Source of the DNA: an uncultured Actinomycetota bacterium
GTDB taxonomy: Bacteria > Actinomycetota > Actinomycetes > Propionibacteriales > Nocardioidaceae
Assembly: GCA_963835385.1 (NCBI GenBank)
Contig: CAWIFK010000002.1
Coordinates: 255,572 to 319,571, forward strand
Length of the DNA stretch: 64,000 nt
Direction of reading: 5' to 3'
Below are positions 55,695 to 64,000 of this stretch, piece after piece. Numbering within the stretch: the stretch's first letter is position 1; every line of letters starts with the position of its first letter. The notes beneath the pieces were generated by a model, which saw only the letters and a program-made list of their open reading frames with translations, made no database searches and was not told the origin of the DNA. The position numbers and the translations under genes are program-made.

Positions 55695-56894
55695 TCAGGA
55701 CCCGGCGACGACGGCCATGGTCTGCCGGGCGATCTCCCACTCCTCGTTCGTGGGCACGACCAGCACGGCGACCTCGGCGTCGTCGGCCGACACGACCGCG
55801 GGCGCGGTGAACCGTCCGGCGTCGTTGCGCTCGGGGTCGACGGCGATGCCCAGCCGGTCCAGGCCGCCCAGTGACGCTGCCCGGACCGCGGCGGAGTTCT
55901 CCCCGACGCCGGCGGTGAACACGACCGCGTCGACGCGGCCCAGCACCGCGTAGTAGGCCCCGACGTACTTGCGGATCCGGTGGCAGTAGACGTCGAACGC
56001 CAGGCGCGCCCGGTCCTCGCCGCGGGCGCGCAGCTCGTCGAGCCGGCGGAAGTCGTTCACGCCGGCGAGCCCCTTGAGGCCGGAGTGCTTGTTGAGCGCC
56101 TCGTCGATGTGCTCGATGGACCAGCCCAGCTGGCGGCTGAGGTGCGCCGGGACGGCCGGGTCCAGGTCACCGGACCGGGTGCCCATCACCAGGCCCTCCA
56201 GCGGGGTGAGGCCCATCGAGGTCTCGACCGAGCGCCCACCCGCGACGGCGGCCGCCGAGGCACCGTTGCCGAGGTGCAGCACGATCAGGTTCGTCTCCTC
56301 GACGGGACGGCCCAGCACGTCGGCCGCGGCGCGCGAGACGAAGGCGTACGACGTGCCGTGGAAGCCGTAGCGGCGTACCTCGTGCTCGTCGCGCCACGCC
56401 AGCGGCACCGCGTAGGTGTAGGCGTGCTCGGGCAGTGTCTGGTGGAAGGCGGTGTCGAAGACCGCCACCTGCGGGAGGTCGGGGAACAGCTTGCGGGCGA
56501 CGTGCATGCCCTCGAGGTTGGCCGGATTGTGCAGGGGAGCCAGCGGGACCAGCCCTTGCACCGCGGTCAGCAGGTCGTCGTCGACGAGGGCGGGGGAGGA
56601 GAACCGGTCGCCGCCGTGCACCACCCGGTGCCCCACTGCCCGGATGTCGACGTCGTCCAGCGACGGCCCGTGCTCGTCGAACGCGGACAGCGCCGCGCGC
56701 AGCGCCTCCTCGTGACCCGGCACGGCGCTCTCGGTGCGGTGCTCGCCGGTCCCGCACCGGTGCGTGAGCACGCCGCTGTCCTCACCGATCCTCTCGACGA
56801 GCCCGTCGGCGAGCTCCTCGCCCGAGTCGGCGTCGATCAGGCTGTACTTCAGCGACGACGAGCCGGCGTTGACCACCAGCACGAACGCCGTCAC
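55695..56894 (-). CDS. ackA: Acetate kinase
   Basis: 'VNAGSSSLKY', 'GHRVVHGG', 'APLHNPANL', 'FDTAFH', 'RRYGFHGTS', 'HLGNGAS', 'GTRSGDLDP', 'VPTNEE'. Confidence 0.97.
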   Translation of the reverse strand: MTAFVLVVNAGSSSLKYSLIDADSGEELADGLVERIGEDSGVLTHRCGTGEHRTESAVPGHEEALRAALSAFDEHGPSLDDVDIRAVGHRVVHGGDRFSSPALVDDDLLTAVQGLVPLAPLHNPANLEGMHVARKLFPDLPQVAVFDTAFHQTLPEHAYTYAVPLAWRDEHEVRRYGFHGTSYAFVSRAAADVLGRPVEETNLIVLHLGNGASAAAVAGGRSVETSMGLTPLEGLVMGTRSGDLDPAVPAHLSRQLGWSIEHIDEALNKHSGLKGLAGVNDFRRLDELRARGEDRARLAFDVYCHRIRKYVGAYYAVLGRVDAVVFTAGVGENSAAVRAASLGGLDRLGIAVDPERNDAGRFTAPAVVSADDAEVAVLVVPTNEEWEIARQTMAVVAGS

Positions 56895-58978
56895 GTGGCC
56901 GCCCCGGAGGGAACCTGTGCCTGGATGGCGGTGATCGCGATCGTGTTGACGATGTCTCGCACGGTCGCTCCGCGGGAGAGGTCGTTGACCGGCTTGCGCA
57001 GGCCCTGCAGCACCGGCCCGATCGCGACGGCGCCGGCCGAGCGCTGCACCGCCTTGTAGGTGTTGTTGCCCGTGTTGAGGTCGGGGAAGACGAAGACCGT
57101 CGCGCGGCCGGCCACGTGGCTGTCGGGCAGCTTGGTCCGCGCGACCGCCGAGTCGATGGCGGCGTCGTACTGGATCGGTCCCTCCACCAGCAGCTCCGGT
57201 GCGCGCTCCTTGACCAGCGCGGTCGCCTTGGACACCTTCTCGACGTCGGTGCCGGCGCCCGACGTGCCGGTGGAGTAGGACAGCATCGCCACGCGGGGCT
57301 CGATCCCGAAGCCGGCGGCGGTCGTCGCCGAGGAGACCGCGATGTCGGCCAGCTGCTCGGCCGACGGGTCGGGGTTGACCGCGCAGTCGCCGTAGACCAG
57401 CACCTGGTTCTCCAGGCACATGAAGAACACCGAGGAGACGACAGAGGTGCCGGGCACGGTCTTGACCACCTCGAGCGCGGGACGGATCGTGTGGGCGGTG
57501 GTGTGCACGGACCCGGACACCATCCCGTCGGCCAGCCCCAGCTCGACCATCAGCGTGCCGAAGTAGGAGACGTCCGTGACGACGGTCCGGGCATCCTCGA
57601 GGTCGATGCCCTTGTGCCTGCGCCGTTCGTGATAGGTGTGGGCGAAGCGGTCGACGAGCTGCTCGTCGTGCGGGTCGAGCAGCCGTGCCGCCGTGATGTC
57701 GACACCCAGCGTCGCCGCGCGCGCGGTCACCCGGATGGGGTCACCGAGCAGGGTCAGGTCGGCCATGCCGCGGCGCAGCACGACGTCGGCGGCCCGCAGG
57801 ATCCGGTCCTCCTCGCCCTCCGGCAGCACGATGTGGCGCCGGTCCGCGACGGCGCGGTCGATCAGCTGGTGCTCGAACATCAGCGGGGTGACCGCGTCGG
57901 TGCGAGCGACCTCGAGCCGGTCGAGCAGCACGTCGCCGTCGACGTGCTCGGCGAACAGCGACATCGCGGTGACCACCTTGCGGGTGGAGTCCTTGTCGAG
58001 CCGGCCGCGCACGTCGTTGAGGGCAGTGGTGGTCGCGTGGGTCCCCAGATCGGTGGCGATGATCGGCATCGTGGTGCCCAGGCCCTCGAGCAGCCGGGCG
58101 ACCTGCTCGGGCAGCGGCAGGCCGCCGTTGAGGATGATGCCGGCCATCTGCGGGAAGCTCGCCGACACGTGCGCCATGAGCACGCCGAGCACCACCTCCG
58201 GCCGGTCGCCGGGAGTCACCACCACGGCCCCCTCGAAGAGCCGGTCCAGCACGTTCGGCATCGTCATCGCCGCGACCACCAGGCCCGTCGACTCGCGCGC
58301 GAGCAGGGCCGCGTCCCCGCTGACCAGGGTGCCGCCGCAGGCGCGCAGCAGGTCGCCGACGGACGGCGCGTTGAGCAGGGGCTGCTCCGGGAGCGCGTAG
58401 CTCAGCGCGCCGTCGACGCCGATCGCCTGGGCGTCGCGCAGCACCTGCTGGGCGTCGCACCGGTTGGCGACGACCGCGAACAGCGTGCCGTGCTGCGCCT
58501 TGAGCTCGGCCACGGCCATCGACGCCATCGTGCGCAGGTCCTCGGGGCTCCGACCGTGACCGTTGAGCACCAGCAGTACCGGCGCACCGAGGTTGGCCGC
58601 GATCCGTGCGTTGTAGGCGAACTCCGTCGGCGTGCCCACGTCGGTGTAGTCGGACCCGACGACGACCACCGCGTCGCAGCGGTCGGCCACCTGGTGGTAG
58701 CGGTCCACGATCCGGTCCAGCGCGGCCGCCGGGTCGGCGTGCACGTCGTCGTAGCTGACGCCGGCGCACTCGTCGTAGGTCAGCGTCACCGCCTCGTGGG
58801 CGGTGAGGAGGTCCAGGACGTAGTCGCGGCCACCGGTCCTGGCGCTGTCGGCCCGGACGACCGGACGGAAGACGCCGACGCGCTCGACCCTGCGCGAGAG
58901 CTGTTCGAGCAGGCCCAGCGCGACGGTGGACTTGCCGGAGAAGCCCTCGGTCGAGGCGACGTACACGCTGCTTCCCAT
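56891..58978 (-). CDS. pta: Phosphate acetyltransferase, long form (BioD-like N-terminus plus DRTGG)
   Basis: 'VLPEGEEDRIL', 'DGMVSG', 'DCAVNPDP', 'FPDLNTGNNTYKAVQR', 'GPVLQGLRKPVNDLSRG'. Leaderless -10 TACGCT. Confidence 0.97.
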   Translation of the reverse strand: MGSSVYVASTEGFSGKSTVALGLLEQLSRRVERVGVFRPVVRADSARTGGRDYVLDLLTAHEAVTLTYDECAGVSYDDVHADPAAALDRIVDRYHQVADRCDAVVVVGSDYTDVGTPTEFAYNARIAANLGAPVLLVLNGHGRSPEDLRTMASMAVAELKAQHGTLFAVVANRCDAQQVLRDAQAIGVDGALSYALPEQPLLNAPSVGDLLRACGGTLVSGDAALLARESTGLVVAAMTMPNVLDRLFEGAVVVTPGDRPEVVLGVLMAHVSASFPQMAGIILNGGLPLPEQVARLLEGLGTTMPIIATDLGTHATTTALNDVRGRLDKDSTRKVVTAMSLFAEHVDGDVLLDRLEVARTDAVTPLMFEHQLIDRAVADRRHIVLPEGEEDRILRAADVVLRRGMADLTLLGDPIRVTARAATLGVDITAARLLDPHDEQLVDRFAHTYHERRRHKGIDLEDARTVVTDVSYFGTLMVELGLADGMVSGSVHTTAHTIRPALEVVKTVPGTSVVSSVFFMCLENQVLVYGDCAVNPDPSAEQLADIAVSSATTAAGFGIEPRVAMLSYSTGTSGAGTDVEKVSKATALVKERAPELLVEGPIQYDAAIDSAVARTKLPDSHVAGRATVFVFPDLNTGNNTYKAVQRSAGAVAIGPVLQGLRKPVNDLSRGATVRDIVNTIAITAIQAQVPSGAAT

Positions 58979-59073
58979 GGCGCGAGCGTAGCGGTCCGGG
59001 CGCTCTCCGGCCGGTCCTTCCCGGCGTGGCGCCCGGAGCGAACGCAGCGACGACCCGGCGCGCCGGATCGGAT

Positions 59074-59140
59074 GAATCAGATGAGCCGGTCGGGGTACGC
59101 GCCCCGCACGCGATGGTTCAAATCGGTCACCCGGGGGTAG
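59074..59140 (+). promoter_or_regulatory. Tandem SigF/SigB-type promoters of the BCCT gene
   Basis: GAAT-N15-GGGTAC (59074-59098) and GGTTC-N15-GGGTAG (59115-59140). Confidence 0.55.
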
Positions 59141-59181
59141 GCCGAAGGAGTCCCCTGCCGTCAAGCCCCTGGAGGCACTCC

Positions 59182-60906
59182 GTGGACAACAACGCGCCGT
59201 CCACCCTCGAACCACCGAATGGTCCTCGCGACCAGCAAGCTGTTCATCACAGCAAGGGCGTCAGTGCCCCCCACGTCTTCTTCCCCGCCCTCGGCCTGCT
59301 CGGGGCCACCGTCGTGCTGGCGATCTTCTTCCCCGAGGGCACCGGCAACGTGCTGTCGGCGATCCAGACCGACATCGTCGGCTGGTTCGGCTGGTACTAC
59401 ACCCTGACCGTCGCCGGCTTCGTGGTCTTCGCCCTCTGGATGGGGCTCAGCCGCTTCGGTGACATCACCCTCGGCGCCGACGACGAGAAGCCCGAGTTCA
59501 GCCTGCCCGCCTGGTTCGCGATGCTGTTCGCGGCCGGCATGGGCATCGGGCTGGTCTTCTGGGGGGCCGCCGAGCCGCTGACCTTCTTCGTCAACCCGAA
59601 GCCCGGCGTCGACGGCACCGACACCGAGCTCGCGCAGTCGGCGATGGCCCAGGTGTTCGTGCACTGGGGCTTCCACGCCTGGGCGATCTACGTCGTTCTG
59701 GGGCTGGCCCTGGCCTACTCCATCCACCGCAAGGGCCGGCCGGTGTCGATCCGGTGGGCGCTGGAACCACTGTTCGGCGACCGGGTACGCGGACGCCTCG
59801 GCGACTTCATCGACGTGGTCGCCATCGTGGGCACCGTGGCCGGAGTCGCCACCTCGCTGGGGCTTGGAGTGCAGCAGGTGTCGGCCGGGCTCGTGCACCT
59901 CGGCGTGTTCGACAGTGCCGGCAACGGCCTGATGGTCGGGCTGATCGTCCTGATCACGGCTGCCGCCACCCTCTCGGTCGTCAGCGGCGTGGGCAAGGGC
60001 ATCAAGTGGCTGTCCAACATCAACCTGGTGCTCGCGGGGATCTTCATGGCGGCCGTGCTGGTGCTCGGACCGACCCTGTTCCTGCTGCGCGACTTCGTGC
60101 AGAACATCGGCGTCTACTTCCGCGACGTCATCCCGATGACCTTCAACACCAGTGCCTTCGCCGGGGCGGAGGGCGAGGCCTGGCAGGCCGCCTGGACCAC
60201 GTTCTACTGGGGTTGGTGGATCTCCTGGGCACCCTTCGTCGGAGTCTTCATCGCCCGCATCTCGCGGGGCCGGACGATCCGCGAGTTCGTCGCCGGGGTG
60301 CTCCTGGTGCCGACCCTGGTGACGTTCCTGTGGTTCTCCGTCTTCGGTGGCTCGGCGATCTACCGCGAGATGTTCGGCAACGGCGGCCTGGTCGGCGAGG
60401 ACGGGTCGATCACCAGCCAGAACGTGCTCTTCGACCTGCTCGGCGACCTGCCGTTCGGCGCGCTGTTCTCCGTGGTCGCGATCGTGCTGGTGGCGATCTT
60501 CTTCATCACCTCCTCCGACTCCGGCTCGCTGGTCGTCGACATGCTTGCTTCGGGTGGTGACCCGGAGCCGCCGACCTGGAGCCGGGTGCTGTGGGCCTCG
60601 CTCGAGGGACTCGTGGCGATCGCGCTGCTGCTCGCCGGTGGTCTCGCCGCGCTTCAGACGGGGGCGATCATCACCGCCCTGCCGTTGAGCCTGGTGATGA
60701 TCCTCGTCTGCGTGGCGACCTATCGGGCCGTCAAGGACGAGCACGACGCCCTGCTGCGTGCGGAGCGTCGTCGGCGGCGCGAGCAGCTGGCCGAGGAGCT
60801 CAACGAGCAGGTCTCCGACCAGTGGTCGCAGACGATGGACCGCGAGCTCGGCGCGCACGTCGAGCGGCACGTCAGCTCGGCGCTGAGGCGCAACAAGGTG
60901 CACTAG
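59182..60906 (+). CDS. BCCT family (betaine/choline/carnitine) transporter
   Basis: 'WFAMLFAAGMGIGLVFWG.AEP', 'HWGFHAW', 'WTTFYWGWWISWAPFVG.FIARISRGRTIREF', 'TSSDSG'. GGAGG RBS. Confidence 0.96.
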   Translation: MDNNAPSTLEPPNGPRDQQAVHHSKGVSAPHVFFPALGLLGATVVLAIFFPEGTGNVLSAIQTDIVGWFGWYYTLTVAGFVVFALWMGLSRFGDITLGADDEKPEFSLPAWFAMLFAAGMGIGLVFWGAAEPLTFFVNPKPGVDGTDTELAQSAMAQVFVHWGFHAWAIYVVLGLALAYSIHRKGRPVSIRWALEPLFGDRVRGRLGDFIDVVAIVGTVAGVATSLGLGVQQVSAGLVHLGVFDSAGNGLMVGLIVLITAAATLSVVSGVGKGIKWLSNINLVLAGIFMAAVLVLGPTLFLLRDFVQNIGVYFRDVIPMTFNTSAFAGAEGEAWQAAWTTFYWGWWISWAPFVGVFIARISRGRTIREFVAGVLLVPTLVTFLWFSVFGGSAIYREMFGNGGLVGEDGSITSQNVLFDLLGDLPFGALFSVVAIVLVAIFFITSSDSGSLVVDMLASGGDPEPPTWSRVLWASLEGLVAIALLLAGGLAALQTGAIITALPLSLVMILVCVATYRAVKDEHDALLRAERRRRREQLAEELNEQVSDQWSQTMDRELGAHVERHVSSALRRNKVH

Positions 60907-60927
60907 GTCGCACCTCACGGGTGGACG

Positions 60928-60963
60928 GTGCTGCGGGGGGACCGGAAGGTCCCCCCGCAGCAC
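60928..60963. terminator. Perfect 16-bp stem-loop between convergent BCCT and ADH genes
   Basis: GTGCTGCGGGGGGACC-ggaa-GGTCCCCCCGCAGCAC. Confidence 0.88.
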
Positions 60964-61013
60964 GTCCGCGCCGGGCGTCGTGCCCGCCGGATGCGCCGGG
61001 TCAGGCCGGCGGG

Positions 61014-62066
61014 TCAGCTCGGCGGCGACGCCGGGCCGATCCGGACCACGGTGATGCCGGCGCGCGTGGCCGGCCGGCTCATCTCGTCCAGCGCGGCTCC
61101 CGCCTCTTCGAGTCCGATCACCCGGCCCACCAGCTCGGCGGGGCGCAGCTCGCCGCGCGAGATCATCCGCAACAGGCCCGGGTAGTCGCGGGCGGCCATC
61201 CCGTGGGACCCGTAGACCTCCAGCTCGCGGGCCACCACGCGGTCCATCGGGAGCGGGGGAGTCGCACGGTCCCCGAGCAGCAGGCCGACCTGGACGTGGC
61301 GCCCCCGCGGACGCAGGCACTCGACGGACGCCACGGCGGTCTCCGGCGAGCCCAGGGCGTCCAGCGAGACGTGGGCGCCGCCGCCGGTGAGCGACTCGAT
61401 GCGAGCCTGCACGCCCGTGCCGCCCGGGACCAGCTCACGGGCGCCGAGCTCTCCAGCCCGGCGCAGTGCGGCCGGCGAGACGTCGACGGCGACCACGCGC
61501 GCGCCGAGCGCCACCGCGATCATCACCGCCGAGAGGCCTACCCCGCCGCAGCCGTGCACCGCCACCCAGTCGCCGGCCCGGACGCGGCCGTGCACGGTCA
61601 GGGCGCGGTAGGCAGTGGCGAACCGGCACCCGAGCGAGGCGGCCGTGACGAAGTCGACGTCGTCGGGCAGGGGTACGACGTTGAGGTCGGCCGCGTGGAT
61701 CGCGACGCGGTCGGCGAACGAGCCGGGACCGGTGAAGCCGGGCTGGGTCTGCTGCGGGCAGACCTGCGCCTGCCCGGCCGCGCAGAGCTCGCAGTGCCCG
61801 CAGCCGCAGACGAACGGCACGGTGACCCGTTCTCCGGCACGGCGGGTCCGGACGGCCGGACCGACCTCGGCGACCACGCCGGCGAGCTCGTGGCCCGGCA
61901 CGTGCGGCAGCCGGACCGGGTCGTGACCCTGCCAGGCGTGCCAGTCCGAGCGGCAGACGCCGGTGGCCCGGACCTCGACGACCACGCCGTCGGCAGGGCA
62001 TCTCGGCTCGGCGACCTCCTGGACTGTCGGCACCACGCCGTACTCGCTGAACCGGACCGCACGCAT
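61014..62066 (-). CDS. Zinc-dependent alcohol dehydrogenase (MDR family)
   Basis: 'GVCRSDWH', 'PGHELAG', 'CGCGHCELC...QVC', 'GCRFATA', 'GCGGVGLS'. Leaderless -10 TACGAT. Confidence 0.95.
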   Translation of the reverse strand: MRAVRFSEYGVVPTVQEVAEPRCPADGVVVEVRATGVCRSDWHAWQGHDPVRLPHVPGHELAGVVAEVGPAVRTRRAGERVTVPFVCGCGHCELCAAGQAQVCPQQTQPGFTGPGSFADRVAIHAADLNVVPLPDDVDFVTAASLGCRFATAYRALTVHGRVRAGDWVAVHGCGGVGLSAVMIAVALGARVVAVDVSPAALRRAGELGARELVPGGTGVQARIESLTGGGAHVSLDALGSPETAVASVECLRPRGRHVQVGLLLGDRATPPLPMDRVVARELEVYGSHGMAARDYPGLLRMISRGELRPAELVGRVIGLEEAGAALDEMSRPATRAGITVVRIGPASPPS

Positions 62067-62109
62067 GCGCGCCATCGTAGAGACCGGTCGCCGGGATCGC
62101 CGCGCGCCG

Positions 62110-62134
62110 GTGTACGGCTCGGCGGGCGGGGTAC
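62110..62134 (+). promoter_or_regulatory. SigF/SigB-type promoter of the alpha/beta hydrolase gene
   Basis: GTGT-N15-GGGTAC, ATG 9 nt downstream. Confidence 0.65.
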
Positions 62135-62143
62135 CGCCGCGGC

Positions 62144-62899
62144 ATGACGCTGCCACGGGCGCGGGTCCGACCCGCGCCGGTCCCGCTGAGACGGTTCCCC
62201 CGGCTGCTCGCCCTCCCCGGGCTCGGGCTGACCGAGCATGCGTGGCGGCCCACCCTGGAGGCGCTGCCGCAGACGCACCGCGCCGTGCGGCTGCCCGGCT
62301 ACGGGCTGCCGGCGGGGCCTCGCGAGGACCTGTCGCCGCGCCGGCTGGCCGAGCTCGTCGTCGACGTCGCACTGCCGCGTTCCGGACCGGCGGTGCTGCT
62401 GGCTCACTCGGTGAGCTGCCAGGTCGCCGCGCACGTGGCGGCGCTGGTGCCGGACCTGGTCGCGACCGTGGTCCTGGTCGGCCCCACCACGGACCCGCGG
62501 GCGGCCACGTGGCCGCGCCTGGTCCGCGACTGGGTCGACACCGCACGCCGCGAGGAGCCCGGCCAGCTGCCGGGCCTGGTGGCGCAGTACCGGCGCAGCC
62601 GCCCGACGTCGATGCGCCGGGCGATGTCCGCCGCGCGGCACGACCGGATCGAGCAGGTGGTCGGCCGGCTGGCCTGCCCGGTGCTCGTGCTGCGCGGCCC
62701 CGAGGACCGCGTCTGCACGAGCGCCTGGGCCGACCAGCTCGTGCGATGCGCGCCGCACGGGTCCGCCGCGGTGACCCTCGAGCAGGGCGCGCACATGGTG
62801 CCGTCCACCCACGGGCCGCTCGTCGCCGCAGCCGTGCGCGACTGGCTGGCCGCCCACCCCGATTCGTCCGCGGTTGCGAGCCGATCCCGAGCGGGGTGA
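62144..62899 (+). CDS. Alpha/beta fold hydrolase
   Basis: 'LPGLG', 'LPGYG', nucleophile elbow 'AHSVSCQ', 'GPEDRVC', 'GAHMVP'. Confidence 0.88.
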   Translation: MTLPRARVRPAPVPLRRFPRLLALPGLGLTEHAWRPTLEALPQTHRAVRLPGYGLPAGPREDLSPRRLAELVVDVALPRSGPAVLLAHSVSCQVAAHVAALVPDLVATVVLVGPTTDPRAATWPRLVRDWVDTARREEPGQLPGLVAQYRRSRPTSMRRAMSAARHDRIEQVVGRLACPVLVLRGPEDRVCTSAWADQLVRCAPHGSAAVTLEQGAHMVPSTHGPLVAAAVRDWLAAHPDSSAVASRSRAG

Positions 62900-62919
62900 C
62901 CGCGGACGAATCGGGGTTG

Positions 62920-63267
62920 TCAGCCGCGCGGCTGGCTCGGGTTCGTCGGCACCCCCTGCGAGGGGGGATTGTGCGCCGGGCCCTCGGTCTGCGGTGTCAC
63001 CCTGGACTCCCGCGCCGCTCCGGAGCCGCTCTCGGGTGACGCTCCGGTGACGGGTCCGCCGCCGCCGGTCGGCTTGGCACCGCCGTGCAGCGCCTCGAGC
63101 CGCCGCCGCAGCACGTTCAGCGCCGGGAGCCGGTTGCCGTGCTTTGCCTCGTAGACCAGCAGCGCCTCCACACCGGACTGGTCCAGGCCGCGGATGCGGG
63201 ACTCGAGGGACCCGATCGGGAGGTGGTCGTAGTCGGGAAGCGGCAGCTGCTGCTTGTCGTCGCTCAT
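62920..63267 (-). CDS. Conserved actinobacterial hypothetical protein
   Basis: 'LPLPDYDHL...L..RIRGLD...VEALLVYE..H.NR...LNVL..RL' pattern; AGAGGAGA RBS. Confidence 0.75.
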   Translation of the reverse strand: MSDDKQQLPLPDYDHLPIGSLESRIRGLDQSGVEALLVYEAKHGNRLPALNVLRRRLEALHGGAKPTGGGGPVTGASPESGSGAARESRVTPQTEGPAHNPPSQGVPTNPSQPRG

Positions 63268-63285
63268 GTCATCTCCTCTCGTGCC

Positions 63286-64000
63286 TCAGGCCGTGCCCTC
63301 GGCGGGCTGGTCCCAGCGCAGCAGGGCAGCGACCGGGCTGCCGCCCAGCGTCGCGCGTCGGCTGACGCTGACGTCCGCGCCGGTGAGGGCTGCCGCCGCG
63401 ATCAGGGCCTGGTCCGCCGGTACGTCGCCGCCCGGCTCGACCGGTCCCAGGACGAGCCCCGGATGGTCGGCCGGCGCGATCGTGTGCTCGGCCGCGGCGG
63501 CGGGGTCGATCAGCAGGGTGTCGACCTGGCCGCGGACGAAGGCGTCGGCGACGTCGGCGACGCCGACCGCGACGGCCTCGCCGGTGCCGAGCCGGTCCTT
63601 GAGCCGGTGCGTCATGTCGAGGCGGCGGGCGACGGTGTGCTCCATCAGTGCCTCGCGGATCGCCTGCTGCATCGCGTCGTCGCCACCGTCCTGGGACCGG
63701 GCGCCGCTCTTGACGTGGACCACCTCGGCGGGGCCGTCCTCGAGGGCCGCGCTGACCTCGGCCACCGAGTGCGGGTCACCGGCGAGGAGCACCAGGCGGG
63801 GCCCCTTGCGGACCTGCCCGACGATCTCGTCGACGACCGCCTCGGCATTGCGCTTCCAGACGTTCTCGACGGTGTGCTGGTAGCGCAGCGCCGACCAGCC
63901 CCCGGTGGGGACCTTGTGGACGTGGTGGGTCTCGCCGCCGGGCGAGGACTCCTCCACCGGGTCGGGGACGTCCGAGGTGTACACCCCGACGTCGCCCCCC
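63286..64000 (-). CDS. baeRF2-type (bacterial archaeo-eukaryotic release factor / VLRF1-like) protein, 5' part outside the window
   Basis: 'HKVPTGGWSALRYQHTVENVWKRNAEAV', 'LVLLAGD', 'AFVRGQVDTLLI', 'DQALIAAAALTGADV...VAALLRW'. The frame is open to the window edge. Confidence 0.8.
   Translation of the reverse strand, partial: GGDVGVYTSDVPDPVEESSPGGETHHVHKVPTGGWSALRYQHTVENVWKRNAEAVVDEIVGQVRKGPRLVLLAGDPHSVAEVSAALEDGPAEVVHVKSGARSQDGGDDAMQQAIREALMEHTVARRLDMTHRLKDRLGTGEAVAVGVADVADAFVRGQVDTLLIDPAAAAEHTIAPADHPGLVLGPVEPGGDVPADQALIAAAALTGADVSVSRRATLGGSPVAALLRWDQPAEGTA

Noticed and set aside
58991-59181. c-di-AMP (ydaO) riboswitch before BCCT
   Set aside because: Only a lone TGAATC. The pseudo-symmetric helices are not evident, and stress-sigma promoters explain the region better.

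Overview
Very GC-rich actinobacterial chromosomal segment; the gene set and promoter style suggest a Nocardioides-like organism (inference). It holds about 50 protein-coding genes. I found no rRNA, tRNA, CRISPR array, integrase or classical transposase. Main blocks in order: DUF421 fragment; DUF222-HNH gene; LacI-controlled sugar ABC importer with a divergent amylo-alpha-1,6-glucosidase-like gene; K+ channel/RCK gene with a small membrane partner; ERCC4-Lsr2 fusion followed by an ASCH gene; two ABC-2 exporters; hemerythrin divergent from pflBA; recCBD; FtsX-type ABC system with an embedded small barrel protein; rocD; NERD nuclease-helicase; TY-Chap-like chaperone; an E1alpha/E1beta/lipoyl-only dehydrogenase cluster; AGCS, MFS and BCCT transporters; pta-ackA; two Zn-ADHs; partial baeRF2. 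Most notable observations: (1) an ERCC4/XPF nuclease fused to an Lsr2 AT-hook domain next to ASCH; (2) a 37-aa ORF missing from the ORF track, translationally coupled to a Cys/His-motif membrane protein; (3) PafBC/RecA-NDp-type DNA-damage promoters before the DUF222-HNH gene and recC, and a perfect one before the TY-Chap-like gene; (4) a set of SigF/SigB-type promoters; (5) DosR-like boxes near fermentation genes. All family assignments come from motif recognition by eye, not from database searches. Many starts were moved from the ORF track using RBS, leaderless -10 or overlap evidence.
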